Assembly: GCA_963788195.1 (NCBI GenBank)
Contig: CAWBGA010000013.1
Location: 192,001 to 256,000, forward strand
Length of the DNA stretch: 64,000 nucleotides
Direction of reading: 5' to 3'
Source of the DNA: Nitrospirota bacterium
GTDB taxonomy: Bacteria; Nitrospirota; Nitrospiria; Nitrospirales; NS-4
In this document: positions 1 to 9,554 of the stretch, in pieces
Layout: each line of letters starts with the position of its first letter
How positions within the stretch are numbered: the first letter of the stretch is position 1
Translations under genes and position numbers: made by a program
Notes under the pieces: model-generated
The model's database searches: none
Told to the model about the DNA's origin: nothing
Seen by the model: the letters and a program-made list of their open reading frames with translations, nothing else

Positions 1-888
1 ACGACGGCGCAGCGGCTTGTGGAGGCAGGGTGTTACGATGTCGTCCTGCTCGATATCGTGGACGGCGTTCCACAGGGCAAAGGGTTAGACCTCTCGCAGG
101 CGTATCCTCTGGTCGGCGCGCAGGGAAAGATCGAGGGGACGGGAGACTATAAGGCGACGGCGGGATCGTCCGTGGTCATCATCACATCGGGGGTTCCCCG
201 TAAGCCCGGCATGACCCGCGAGCAATTACTGGATACCAACGCGAAGATCGTAAAGAGCGTCGTGGAGCAAGCCATTGCAGTCTCTCCGGATGCGATTCTC
301 CTCGTGGTCACAAATCCGCTCGACGTCATGACCTACGTCGCGTATAAGGTGAGCAAGTTTCCCCGCCAACGAGTCGTCGGCATGGCCGGAGTGTTGGATG
401 CGGCGCGATTGCGGGCGTTCATTGCCGCTGAATTGAAGGTTTCGACCGACAACGTCCACGCGATGGTGCTTGGAGGACATGGCGATTCAATGGTTCCCTT
501 GATCCGCTATACCACTATTGCGGGAGTGCCGCTCAGTCAGTGGCTGCCTCAGGAGCGAATTGAGTCCTTAGTGAAACGGACACGCGACGGCGGGGCGGAG
601 ATCGTCGCTCTTCTCAAGACCGGCAGCGCCTACTATGCGCCGTCGGCGTCAATCGTCAGCATGGTCGATGCGATTCTTCAGGACAGCAAGAAGATTCTTC
701 CCTGCGCGGCGATGTGTCAGGGTGAATATGGACTCAATGATGTGTTTGTCGGTGTTCCGGTGAAACTTGGCCGGCAGGGAGTGGAGGAGATCGTGGTCAT
801 CTCCCTGAATGCCGACGAGCAAGCTGGATTGTTGAAGTCCGCCGCAGTGGTCAAGGAGATGTGCACGGCCGTTGACGCCATGATCTGA
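1..888 (+). CDS. mdh: Malate dehydrogenase (LDH-like), 5' end outside window
   Basis: Frame open from base 1 ([10 protein letters not shown]); motifs [47 protein letters not shown]. Confidence 0.95.
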   Translation, partial: TTAQRLVEAGCYDVVLLDIVDGVPQGKGLDLSQAYPLVGAQGKIEGTGDYKATAGSSVVIITSGVPRKPGMTREQLLDTNAKIVKSVVEQAIAVSPDAILLVVTNPLDVMTYVAYKVSKFPRQRVVGMAGVLDAARLRAFIAAELKVSTDNVHAMVLGGHGDSMVPLIRYTTIAGVPLSQWLPQERIESLVKRTRDGGAEIVALLKTGSAYYAPSASIVSMVDAILQDSKKILPCAAMCQGEYGLNDVFVGVPVKLGRQGVEEIVVISLNADEQAGLLKSAAVVKEMCTAVDAMI

Positions 889-944
889 AGCCGCAAAGTG
901 CTCTAAGGATAAAACCCCATGAATGGAAAGGTGGTGATCGGCCT

Positions 945-1535
945 ATGAATCCTCTCGATAATCCAAATCAGACAATCGGCGTGGGTGTCGCTCTCACGGT
1001 CGTTCTGGTGGTTCTCTATGCTGCGGGGACGGGGGGCGGGGCAAATGCCGATTGGTACGGGCTGGTGATACGCTGGCTGCATTTCCTGGCGGGCATTACC
1101 TGGATTGGGCTCTTGTATTTCTTCAACGTGGTCAATGCGGGATTCATGAAAAGCTTGGATGGCCCGACCAAAAATATTGTCATTCCAAAGCTTATGCCGA
1201 CAGCGTTAGCCTGGTTCCGCCATGGCGCCAGCGTGACGGTGCTTGCGGGATTGCTCTTGTATTTTCATCACTATGGACAAAACATGGCCAGCTCGGGAGC
1301 GATTGCGGTGGGCATCGGCGGCCTCCTGGGGATCATCATGTGGGCCAACGTCTGGTTTGTCATCTGGCCAAATCAGAAGAAGATCATTGCTGCGGTCTCC
1401 GTTGCGAGTGCCACCCCCCCTCCCCCGGAAATGGCGGGTTGGGGGCGTACCGCGTTGCTGGCTTCCCGTGTCAACTTTATGCTCTCGATCCCGATGTTGT
1501 TCTTTATGGCCGCGGCCAGCCACTTAACTCATTAG
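945..1535 (+). CDS. Integral membrane protein, urate hydroxylase PuuD N-terminal-like family
   Basis: RWLHFLAGITWIGLLYFFN, NVWFVIWPNQKK, SRVNFMLSIPMLFFM; several TM helices; no fused cytochrome c. Confidence 0.7.
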   Translation: MNPLDNPNQTIGVGVALTVVLVVLYAAGTGGGANADWYGLVIRWLHFLAGITWIGLLYFFNVVNAGFMKSLDGPTKNIVIPKLMPTALAWFRHGASVTVLAGLLLYFHHYGQNMASSGAIAVGIGGLLGIIMWANVWFVIWPNQKKIIAAVSVASATPPPPEMAGWGRTALLASRVNFMLSIPMLFFMAAASHLTH

Positions 1536-1657
1536 ACTCAACTAGTGTTTTTGTCGATGGCGCTCGTTTCATAGGAAAATCCGGAGCCCAGCAAGGGGCT
1601 CTCGGGGAACTCGCACCAGGCACAGGCCAAATCGAGACAGCTCCAAGGAGGACCGCG

Positions 1658-3064
1658 ATGAGGGACAACAAGGCAATGCGCATAGGGATCACAGGCGGAG
1701 CGCTCTGTCTTGGGATTCTTGCTTTGAGCATCGCTTATAGCCAAGAAGCTAACCAGAAGCCATCCAGTTACGCGCCCGTGGACATCAAGGAGAGTTTCGC
1801 GACGACCATGACCCGGATGACAGCCGCAAAGCCTGATGTTATGAAGCGGCAGATGGACTTGCTCAAGGCGCGGTATGACCTGGTGAACCGCCCGGCCAAA
1901 GACGTCTCGATGTCCCGCGGAAAACCTCTCCAGGAAGGCGCACGAGCAAGACTTCCACAAGGGATGACGTGGGAGAAGCTGCAAGCGATGAGCCCCGAGG
2001 AGGTCCGTGATAAGGATGTATTCCCAGCCGGATTTTTTCCTCTTCCCCACCCGAACCATCCAGAAGGCGGAATGCTGTTTCCGAAGTTCCACATAGAGGA
2101 GATTAAGAAGCAAGAGGGGCGTGATCTTGCGCGCTTTGACCTGGACTTTGACCTGCCGGACCATTTCTTGCCCGAGTTTCCGGCGCCCATTTATCTGACG
2201 ACCAGACCCGATCTCGGTGACGTATCCCAGGGCAAATTGGTGACGATTGATAACTATTACGAACTGTTCAACGGGATCCTAAATCCCAAGCAGCTCGAAG
2301 GCTTGCGCTTGCTGCTCACCCCGTTCCCGCAGCAGCAGTTCAACCAGACTGAGGACCGGCGCACGGTGCGCCCTAGTCGTGGCGTCGTGTGCTTCGAATG
2401 TCACGCGAACGGACATACGAACGGCAGCACGCATCTGGTCGGCGACATCCGACCCCAAGAGTTCCGCCATCGTATTGAGACTCCTTCTCTCCGTGGCGTG
2501 AACATCCAGCGGCTGTTCGGCTCACAGCGGGCCCTTAAGAGCGTCGAGGATTTCACGGAGTTTGAGCAGCGCGCTGCCTATTTCGATGGGGATCCGGTGA
2601 TCGCCACGAAAAAAGGGGTCAACATCCTCGAGCGGGGCAGTCAGGTGCATTTTATGGCGGAGTTCCAGGCGCTGCTGGACTTCCCACCAGCCCCGAAGCT
2701 TGGCATCGATGGCAAGTTGGATCCGAAGAAAGCGACTGAATCCGAGAGACGCGGACAAAGCCTGTTCTTCGGCAAAGCCAACTGCGCGAGTTGCCATCAA
2801 CCCCCCTACTACACAGACAACCTTATGCACAATCTGAAAGCCGAGCGATTCTACAAGCCGCGCATGATCAACGGCATGATGGCTTCAGCCGACGGTCCGA
2901 TCAAGACATTTCCCTTGCGCGGCATCAAGGACTCGCCGCCGTATCTCCACGATGGGAGGCTGCTGACCTTAGAGGACACAGTGCAGTTCTTCAATCTTGT
3001 GTTGGAGACGCGTTTGACGGAGGCGGAGAAGACCGACGTGGTCGCATTCCTGAGAGCGCTCTAG
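1658..3064 (+). CDS. Exported di-heme cytochrome c (cytochrome c peroxidase/MauG superfamily-like)
   Basis: AGGAG RBS before ATG 1658; signal peptide; CFECH and CASCH heme motifs; TPSLRG and PYLHDG motifs. Confidence 0.8.
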   Translation: MRDNKAMRIGITGGALCLGILALSIAYSQEANQKPSSYAPVDIKESFATTMTRMTAAKPDVMKRQMDLLKARYDLVNRPAKDVSMSRGKPLQEGARARLPQGMTWEKLQAMSPEEVRDKDVFPAGFFPLPHPNHPEGGMLFPKFHIEEIKKQEGRDLARFDLDFDLPDHFLPEFPAPIYLTTRPDLGDVSQGKLVTIDNYYELFNGILNPKQLEGLRLLLTPFPQQQFNQTEDRRTVRPSRGVVCFECHANGHTNGSTHLVGDIRPQEFRHRIETPSLRGVNIQRLFGSQRALKSVEDFTEFEQRAAYFDGDPVIATKKGVNILERGSQVHFMAEFQALLDFPPAPKLGIDGKLDPKKATESERRGQSLFFGKANCASCHQPPYYTDNLMHNLKAERFYKPRMINGMMASADGPIKTFPLRGIKDSPPYLHDGRLLTLEDTVQFFNLVLETRLTEAEKTDVVAFLRAL

Positions 3065-3106
3065 AAACAGCTATGCCCGTTCCGTTTTCTTAATGAGGTC
3101 CCAGTC

Positions 3107-3268
3107 ATGGCCGAACACAACCTTCAATCCCTCCTATGTCCGAGGCTCGACGAAGCCCAAATCAGCGAGCTCGACCGTTGCACCACGGCCACGCCTCGGT
3201 TGTATCGGGACGGGCAGACGCTCTTTGCGGTCGGCGACCGCGACCTCAAATTCTTTATCGTCATTTAA
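3107..3268 (+). pseudogene. N-terminal stub of a cNMP-binding-domain thioredoxin reductase-like gene
   Basis: Hand translation MAEHNLQSLLCPRLDEAQISELDRCTTATPRLYRDGQTLFAVGDRDLKFFIVI*, which resembles the start of a cNMP domain; GAGG RBS; ends abruptly. Confidence 0.6.
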
Positions 3269-3334
3269 ACGTTGGCGTCATAGTCTTCCGTCGCCATCCC
3301 ATTTTATCTTGATTAACTAGATCTCTAGAGGGTC

Positions 3335-3477
3335 TTGACTCTTATTCTAAACAATGTTAGTAAATAGTAAACTTAACTAGATAGTAAGAATTCTAACGGT
3401 GGTGTAACTGATAGGGATTAAAGGGTATGACCTCGCGCAGCGTCCGAGAGTTATTCCTGTTTAGGAATTATTCAGAA
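3335..3477 (+). promoter_or_regulatory. AT-rich promoter region with candidate Fur/PerR/Irr-type boxes
   Basis: TTGACT at 3335; TTATTCTAAA (3342), GAATTCTAAC (3388), TTAGGAA-TTA-TTCAGAA (3461-3477); lies upstream of the Fur-family gene. Confidence 0.45.
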
Positions 3478-3497
3478 CAACGAACATGAACATAAGG

Positions 3498-3951
3498 ATG
3501 AAAAGCACGCCCGCGGATAGTTCGGCAGCGATTCCGCGAAAAGGGGCTCAAGTTAACCCCGCAGCGATACGCCATCTATGAGATGATGATCCACACCGAG
3601 TCTCATCCGACGGTGGAGGATATCTATCACGCTGTGCAGCCGACGTTCCCGATGTTGTCACTCAACACCGTGTATTACACCCTGACATCGCTGAAAAAGG
3701 CCGGATTGATAGATGATGTGCCGGTTCAGGAGGGTGCGGCGCGATTTGATGCCAATATGGACCGGCATCACCACTTGGTCTGTCTTACGTGTCGTAAAAT
3801 CGAGGATTTGTACGATGACGCATTGGATAAATTGAAGATTTCGGCGAAAAGCACCAATGGATATCTCGTCGAATCTCACCGTGTCGAATTTCGCGGGTAC
3901 TGCAGCGAGTGCCGGACGTCACGGCGTCGGTCAAAACAAAAGGTCAGGTAA
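3498..3951 (+). CDS. perR: Fur-family regulator (PerR-like); frameshift near 3517
   Basis: KGLKLTPQR, HPTVEDIY, SLNTVY, RFDAN, HHHLVCLTC, GYCSEC; ATG 3498 is in a different frame from the body. Confidence 0.85.
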
Positions 3952-3983
3952 TGTCCACACAGAGACAAGAAGGAGGTGCAAGC

Positions 3984-4411
3984 ATGGGCAGAGTTTAAAG
4001 GGATCAAAAAGCTACGACAATCTCAAGGAGGCCTTCGCGGGTGAGTCGCAGGCAAATCGTCGATATCTATACTTCGCGCGTCGGGCGGACATCGAGGGCT
4101 ATCCCGATGTGGGGGGGTTGTTCCGAGACACATCGGAAGCAGAGACAGGTCATGCGTTCGGGCATCTGGACTTTCTCAAGGAGGTCGGGGACCCGGTGAC
4201 GGGCGTCCCGATCGGCAATACCGAAGCGAATTTAAAGTCGGCGGTCGAGGGAGAGACCTACGAGTACACCCAAATGTATCCCGGGATGGCCAAGACCGCT
4301 CGCGACGAAGGCTTCGCGGAACTGGCTGAATGGTTCGAGACGCTCGCGAAAGCCGAGCGATCGCACGCCAACCGGTTTTCCAGGGGACTCGAAGGGCTCA
4401 AGCCGGTCTGA
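3984..4411 (+). CDS. rbr: Short rubrerythrin without rubredoxin domain; 1-nt frameshift just after ATG
   Basis: AGGAGG RBS; AFAGESQANRRYLYFA, ETGHAFGH, GETYEYTQMYPG, AERSH. Confidence 0.92.
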
Positions 4412-4449
4412 TCGTAATTGGGAACCTCCCCATGCGGAGAAAGGCGAGA

Positions 4450-5719
4450 ATGAAGGGCATTACACTTACTCCGGCCAAACTGGAACGGCCGGCTGTTGTG
4501 CAAGAGACGTTGCGTGTCTTCGACGTCTGCGAGGGTTGCCGCCGCTGCTTCAACCTCTGCCCCTCCTTCCATACACTGTTTGACCGGATTGACGCGCAAG
4601 ATAGCGACGTGAAGAGGTTGACGCCTGCGGATTATGCACAGGTGGCGGACGAGTGTTACTACTGCAAGCTCTGTTACAATCATTGCCCATATACTCCCCC
4701 GCATCAGTACGAAATCGACTTCCCGCGGTTGATGATCGCCTGGAAAAAGTTGCTCGCGCAAGAGCGGCGGGTGCCGTGGCGGGACTGGTTGTTGGTTCGG
4801 ACCGACTGGCTCGGCACAGTCGGAACTACCTTCGCGCCGATCATGAATCGAATGCTGCGCGCGCGGTGGCTGCGCGCCCTGCTGCATCGCTTTTGGGGGA
4901 TCCACCGCGACCGATGGCTGCTCACGTTCCAGCGCGAAGCCTTTCCTCGGTGGCTCGCGCGTACCCGACCGACCCGGCCGGAGCCGAGTTTGACGTCCGC
5001 CGACGAGTCCGCACATGTCGCGCTGTTTTCAACCTGTCTTGTTGACTATCACGAAGGGGAGATCGGCCGGGCGACGTTAGCCGTGCTCGAGAAAAATCAG
5101 GTGCGAGTGGTGAGGCCCGAGCAACAATGCTGCGGAATGCCGTTTTTCGAGATGGGCGACATTGCGGCCATGCTCAAGAAGGCCCGAGTTTAATCTGAAC
5201 GCCCTGAAGCCGTGGGTACAACGGGGCTATGATGTCGTGGTGCCTTCGCCAAGCTGCAGTCTGATGCTGAAGCGCGAGTACCCCCACCTTCTGCCCACCG
5301 AGGATTGCAGGCTCGTTGCGGAGCGAACGTTCGATGTGTGTGAATACCTCATGAAGCTTAAAAAGGCGGGGAAACTCAAAACGGATTTCGTCGCGAGCCC
5401 GGGGAAGATTGCGTACCATATTCCTTGCCACCTCCGCGATCAGAATATCGGGTTTAAATCAAAGGAGCTCATGGAGCTCACAGGGGCCACCGTCGATGTG
5501 GTGGAACGCTGCTCCGGTCACGACGGCATTTGGAGCGTGAAAAACGAATTCTTCGAGATGTCGATGACGATTGCGGCCAAGGCGGTACGCGATCTGGAAG
5601 CGGCTCAGCCCGATATTGTGGTCTCCGATTGCCCGTTGGCCGCACTGCAACTCACCCAAGCGGGAGGACGGTCCGTCGGCCATCCCATTCAAGTCATCAG
5701 GCAAGCCTACGGAGTATGA
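4450..5719 (+). CDS. Rubrerythrin-associated Fe-S oxidoreductase (GlpC/HdrD-like, CCG domains); frameshift near 5190
   Basis: CEGCRRCFNLCPSF, CYYCKLCYNHCP, QCCGMP, SCSLM, HIPCH, CSGHDG, SDCPL spread across ORFs 4330-5193 and 5162-5719. Confidence 0.88.
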
Positions 5720-6297
5720 AACCCTTGACCGTCCAGGACCTGTTACCGGCCGACCAGTACGAGCGCACGCGCGATGAGTTCAGGCGACGCATCATCGGGC
5801 TCAAAGAGCATCGGCGGATCGCCGTCGGCGATCTCGTCACGCTGGTGTTTGAGAACCGGGATACGATCCTCTTTCAGATCCAGGAGATGATCCGCGCCGA
5901 ACACATCGTCGCGCCCGAGCGGATCCGTGAAGAACTGGAGACGTACAACGCGCAGATTCCTGGATCGCAGGAGTTGAGCGCAACCCTGTTCATCGAAGTT
6001 ACGGATCCGACGAAGGTGAAGTCCATTCTTGATCGGTTTCACGGCATCGACACGGGACAGACCGTCGGCTTTCAGTTAGGAAATCAACGGGTGTACGGGA
6101 TCTTTGAGCAAGGCCGTGCCAAGGAAGACAAGATCAGCGCCGTCCACTACGTACGATTCCCTTTCTCGGACAAGGAGAAGGCGCAACTGGCCAAATTAAG
6201 TGAACCCATTGAGATTTTCATCCAACATTCGGGGTATCAAGCCCGTGTCGCGGTCCCTGATGCGATTCGCAGGTCGCTCTTGCAGGACCTCGACTAG
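5716..6297 (+). CDS. DUF3501 family protein
   Basis: ATGA overlap with previous gene; FENRDTILFQIQEMIRAE, LSATLFIE, SAVHYVRF; typical partner of rbr. Confidence 0.88.
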   Translation: MKPLTVQDLLPADQYERTRDEFRRRIIGLKEHRRIAVGDLVTLVFENRDTILFQIQEMIRAEHIVAPERIREELETYNAQIPGSQELSATLFIEVTDPTKVKSILDRFHGIDTGQTVGFQLGNQRVYGIFEQGRAKEDKISAVHYVRFPFSDKEKAQLAKLSEPIEIFIQHSGYQARVAVPDAIRRSLLQDLD

Positions 6298-6335
6298 ACT
6301 ACAATAAGAGCCTGCGGACACAACCGGGTGCTCAC

Positions 6336-7781
6336 GTGACAATCTGGCTTGCGGGCCGAGGAAACACAGTTCAAAAGCTGGCCATCCTCACCACCCTGTT
6401 CATTCTGACCATTGTCGGCATCCTCACCTATACGATCATCACTCTGCAGGAGCATAAATCAAATTCCTTGATGGTCGATCTGGCCGGCCGCCAGCGCATG
6501 CTGAACCAGCAACATATGAAAGAACTCTTGCTGCGTGCCCATGGATCCTCTGCCGACTATACCCTCACACGAAACCTGTTAAGTGAGACACTGGAGGCGT
6601 TAATCCATGGCGGTCCGGCAGTGGTTACGCTCGGAAGAGATGAGAAAGTCCAGGTGCCGGCTGCGCCGACGGAGGGGATCAAGGCAAAGCTGTCGGAGCA
6701 GAGAGAATTAATCCGAGAGTTCTCGATGAGAGCGGATGAGTTTGTGCAATTGCCTGTCGACAGCACAACATATGCCTCGAGGCTTGGGAAACTCCTCGAG
6801 CTGAACTCCGATTTACAGCGGACGGCTGACGACGCCGTCAAACTGTACACGGTACATTCGGGGAAAAAGATTGCCACAATGATCCAATGGGAAGCGGCGA
6901 TTGGCTTGCTTGTAGCGGTGTTGGGGATGCTTCTGACAAGGCAGGTCATCAGGGCAAACCGGTACCTGGAAAACGAAATTGCCGAGCGCAAGCGGACGGA
7001 ACGAGAGTTGCGCATCAGCGAAGAAAGACGGATCGACGCCTTTCGTCAGAGCGACGCGCTGAAAGCGGCCTTGCTCTCCTCAACATCCCATGAGCTTCGG
7101 ACCCCGCTGACTGCGATCAAAACTTCTGTGTCGAGCTTGCTTGTAAACTTCGGAACCATGACGGTTACACTCCGCAAGGACTTCCTCGAGGAGATCGATC
7201 AACAGATCGATTATTTGAATCGTCTAGTCGACAATCTTCTCGATATGTCAAGGATCGAGGCGGGTATGTTAGTGCCGCGATGTGAATGGTACGGGCTCGA
7301 CGATCTTGTGGAGGGGGCGATCCGTCGCGTGGGCGCCAGGCTGCAGACTCGTCCGCTGCTTTGCCATGTGGATGAAGACATGCCTTCAGTCTTTGTGGAT
7401 GGCGTGGAAATACAACAGGTCCTCGTGAATCTTTTGGATAATGCCATGAAGTATTCTCCCGATGGCTCTCCGATCCGGCTTGATGCTCGTCATACGGGCC
7501 GTGAGGTGGAAGTTCGGGTGACGAACAGCGGCCAGGGGATTCCAGCAACGGATTTAGAACGAGTGTTCGAGCGGTTCTACCGCGTACGTTTAGAGCGCGC
7601 ACGGATGATCCATGGTACGGGCTTAGGTCTGACCATCTGCAAGGGCATTGTCGAGGCTCATAGTGGTCGCATCTGGGCGGAATCGAGCGGGGAGACGACC
7701 ATCGCGTTCACTCTCCCCCAAGGCCAACCGCAGCCTTCAGCAACACTGGAGCGGTTGGACTCGATCCGGGGCAATGTATGA
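6336..7781 (+). CDS. Sensor histidine kinase: NarX/PilJ-like periplasmic domain plus KdpD-like transmitter
   Basis: Two TM helices flanking DLAGRQRML; SHELRTPL H-box; NLLDNAMKY, FERFYR, GTGLGL. Confidence 0.88.
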   Translation: MTIWLAGRGNTVQKLAILTTLFILTIVGILTYTIITLQEHKSNSLMVDLAGRQRMLNQQHMKELLLRAHGSSADYTLTRNLLSETLEALIHGGPAVVTLGRDEKVQVPAAPTEGIKAKLSEQRELIREFSMRADEFVQLPVDSTTYASRLGKLLELNSDLQRTADDAVKLYTVHSGKKIATMIQWEAAIGLLVAVLGMLLTRQVIRANRYLENEIAERKRTERELRISEERRIDAFRQSDALKAALLSSTSHELRTPLTAIKTSVSSLLVNFGTMTVTLRKDFLEEIDQQIDYLNRLVDNLLDMSRIEAGMLVPRCEWYGLDDLVEGAIRRVGARLQTRPLLCHVDEDMPSVFVDGVEIQQVLVNLLDNAMKYSPDGSPIRLDARHTGREVEVRVTNSGQGIPATDLERVFERFYRVRLERARMIHGTGLGLTICKGIVEAHSGRIWAESSGETTIAFTLPQGQPQPSATLERLDSIRGNV

Positions 7782-8473
7782 GCCACGGTGCGCGGATTCT
7801 TGTAGTGGATGATGAGCCGCAGATCCGGCGGTCATTGGAGGTTAACCTTGCGGCAAAAGGCTATGCTGTCTTCACCGCGGAGGGGGCCGATCAGGCTTTT
7901 CAACTCATCGGCAATCGATCACCTGACGTCATCGTTGTGGATTTATTGATGCCCGGTATGGATGGTATTGAGCTGACGCGACGCATCCGGCAGCAATCGG
8001 TTGTTCCTATCATTGTCCTTTCCGCAATCGGTGACGAACGGAAGAAGGTGGAAGCTTTGGAGCTGGGGGCTGATGACTATGTTACCAAGCCGTTTAACAT
8101 GGATGAGTTGCTGGCCAGGATCAAGTCCGTGCTGCGCCGAGCGGCCGGTGCGCACAGCTCGGAACCGATCTGGACCAGTGGAGACCTCTCGGTGAACTTT
8201 GATCGGCGGGAGGTGCGACTCAACGGCGAGGGAGTCAAATTGACCCCTACAGAATACGACCTGTTGAAGTATATGATCGAAAATGCGGGGAAAGTATTAA
8301 CGCAGAAGATGCTGCTGACGGCGGTATGGGGACCAGCGTACAGTGATCAGACCCAATATTTGAGGGTATTTATCGGCCAATTAAGAAAGAAGCTTGAAAA
8401 GAATCCGGCAAGCCCTCGCTTCATTCTGACTGATCTCGGCGTGGGTTACCGATTTTGCGCAGATGCGTCGTAG
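7778..8473 (+). CDS. OmpR-family response regulator, KdpE-like
   Basis: ATGA overlap; VVDDEPQIRR, GADDYVTKPF, LTPTEYDLL, YLRVFIGQLRKKLE. Confidence 0.9.
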   Translation: MSHGARILVVDDEPQIRRSLEVNLAAKGYAVFTAEGADQAFQLIGNRSPDVIVVDLLMPGMDGIELTRRIRQQSVVPIIVLSAIGDERKKVEALELGADDYVTKPFNMDELLARIKSVLRRAAGAHSSEPIWTSGDLSVNFDRREVRLNGEGVKLTPTEYDLLKYMIENAGKVLTQKMLLTAVWGPAYSDQTQYLRVFIGQLRKKLEKNPASPRFILTDLGVGYRFCADAS

Positions 8474-8513
8474 ATAGTACCTCCCGTGCGAACGTCCAAC
8501 GTAAGGACAGAAT

Positions 8514-8667
8514 GGGGACAGGCAACTTCTTCTGAACGAAGAGTGTTTGGGCCAGGGGAGGAGGAATCTGTCTTGGCAGATTCCAGGGCTGGGCGGGTGC
8601 GATAGAGAACCCTGAAAAAGTAGCCTGACCCCTTTCCCCACTCATCTAGCCTGACCCCTTTCCCCAC
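8514..8667. repeat. REP-like element: GGGGACAGGC paired with GCCTGACCCC; 21-nt direct repeat TAGCCTGACCCCTTTCCCCAC x2
   Basis: Copies at 8621-8641 and 8647-8667; left end resembles the palindrome at 15332-15372. Confidence 0.6.
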
Positions 8668-8688
8668 CCATTCCGTCGGCAAGCATTC

Positions 8689-8738
8689 TTTATGGAAAAT
8701 TTATATTGGGAAGCCGGATCGCGAATAGGATTTTTACG
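8689..8738 (+). promoter_or_regulatory. KdpE/OmpR-type operator array 1
   Basis: TTTATG (8689), TTTATA (8700), TTTACG (8733): half-sites at 0, +11, +44. Confidence 0.6.
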
Positions 8739-8775
8739 TGCTGAGGAGCTACGGTAATCGTAGGGAGCAAGGTTG

Positions 8776-9135
8776 ATGCAGCGACGGATCTTAGTCATCG
8801 ATGATGATCAAGATATCAGAGCCATGCTTCGGGACCGCCTGCAAGCCATGGGATTTGTCGTCGTCACGGCAGCCGACGGGTTTGTCGGCATGGAAATCGT
8901 GAAATCGTCTTGGATAGACGGGATTCTGCTGGATATTGAAATGCCGGTGATGGATGGCCTATTGACCCTCAAAGAACTCCGGCGCTGGCATGCCCATATT
9001 CCCGTGATCATGATGTCGGCTAACAACGATCCTACAAAACTGAAAGCTGCGATCGAATTAGGGGCCCTCGGATATGCGCCGAAGCCTATCGATGGCGCTC
9101 GCCTGGGGCAACAGTGCAAGCACCTCTTTGGGTAA
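8776..9135 (+). CDS. Single-domain (REC-only) response regulator
   Basis: LVIDDD, LLDIEMPVMDG, IMMSA, KP; GGGAG RBS. Confidence 0.88.
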   Translation: MQRRILVIDDDQDIRAMLRDRLQAMGFVVVTAADGFVGMEIVKSSWIDGILLDIEMPVMDGLLTLKELRRWHAHIPVIMMSANNDPTKLKAAIELGALGYAPKPIDGARLGQQCKHLFG

Positions 9136-9171
9136 CAGTGGCACTGCGCGCATGCAGGAGCCGGGCAAAGC

Positions 9172-9221
9172 TTTATGAAAACCTTATGCCTTTGGACCGA
9201 TTCAAGAATCGAACTTTTACG
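9172..9221 (+). promoter_or_regulatory. KdpE/OmpR-type operator array 2
   Basis: TTTATG (9172), CTTATG (9183), TTTACG (9216): same 0, +11, +44 geometry as array 1. Confidence 0.6.
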
Positions 9222-9353
9222 CGATTCACATGTAGGGTCGGTGTTGTCATGTTGGGACGTATCGAGAAGTAACAACCAACTGGAATGCGATCATAAATAA
9301 GTACACCTAGATATCGTGGACTACTCGCCAACGAAGCGCCGAGGTAAGACGAA

Positions 9354-9554
9354 ATGGAAGTACTGATCCGTTGGAAATGTCATCTCCGCAAGGAGGAATG
9401 CCCTGACTGCAACGGCATTGCATATCATGAGCGGTGGATAGCCCTCGACTGCCTACCGTTTCAGTCAGCGCCCCAATACGTCATCTGCGACCGTCGGTTT
9501 TTGCCGTCGCGCGATCGGATCAATATACCGCATAGAGCTTGGGCCAACGCATGA
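9354..9554 (+). CDS. Small Cys-rich hypothetical protein (CPDC motif)
   Basis: GAGG RBS; stop overlaps the next start (ATGA). Confidence 0.45.
   Translation: MEVLIRWKCHLRKEECPDCNGIAYHERWIALDCLPFQSAPQYVICDRRFLPSRDRINIPHRAWANA

Noticed and set aside
1052..1657. 200-aa N-terminal extension of the di-heme cytochrome ORF
   Set aside because: Overlaps the 945-1535 gene; RBS and signal peptide indicate a start at 1658
3857..3983. Extended rubrerythrin N-terminus
   Set aside because: Overlaps perR; AGGAGG plus ATG at 3984 with a 1-nt indel explains it
5180..5200. Programmed frameshifting or phase variation at split genes
   Set aside because: No consistent slippery motif or long repeat tract; indels are scattered, including in housekeeping genes
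8621..8667. Mini CRISPR array
   Set aside because: Only two 21-nt repeats with a 5-nt spacer; no cas genes
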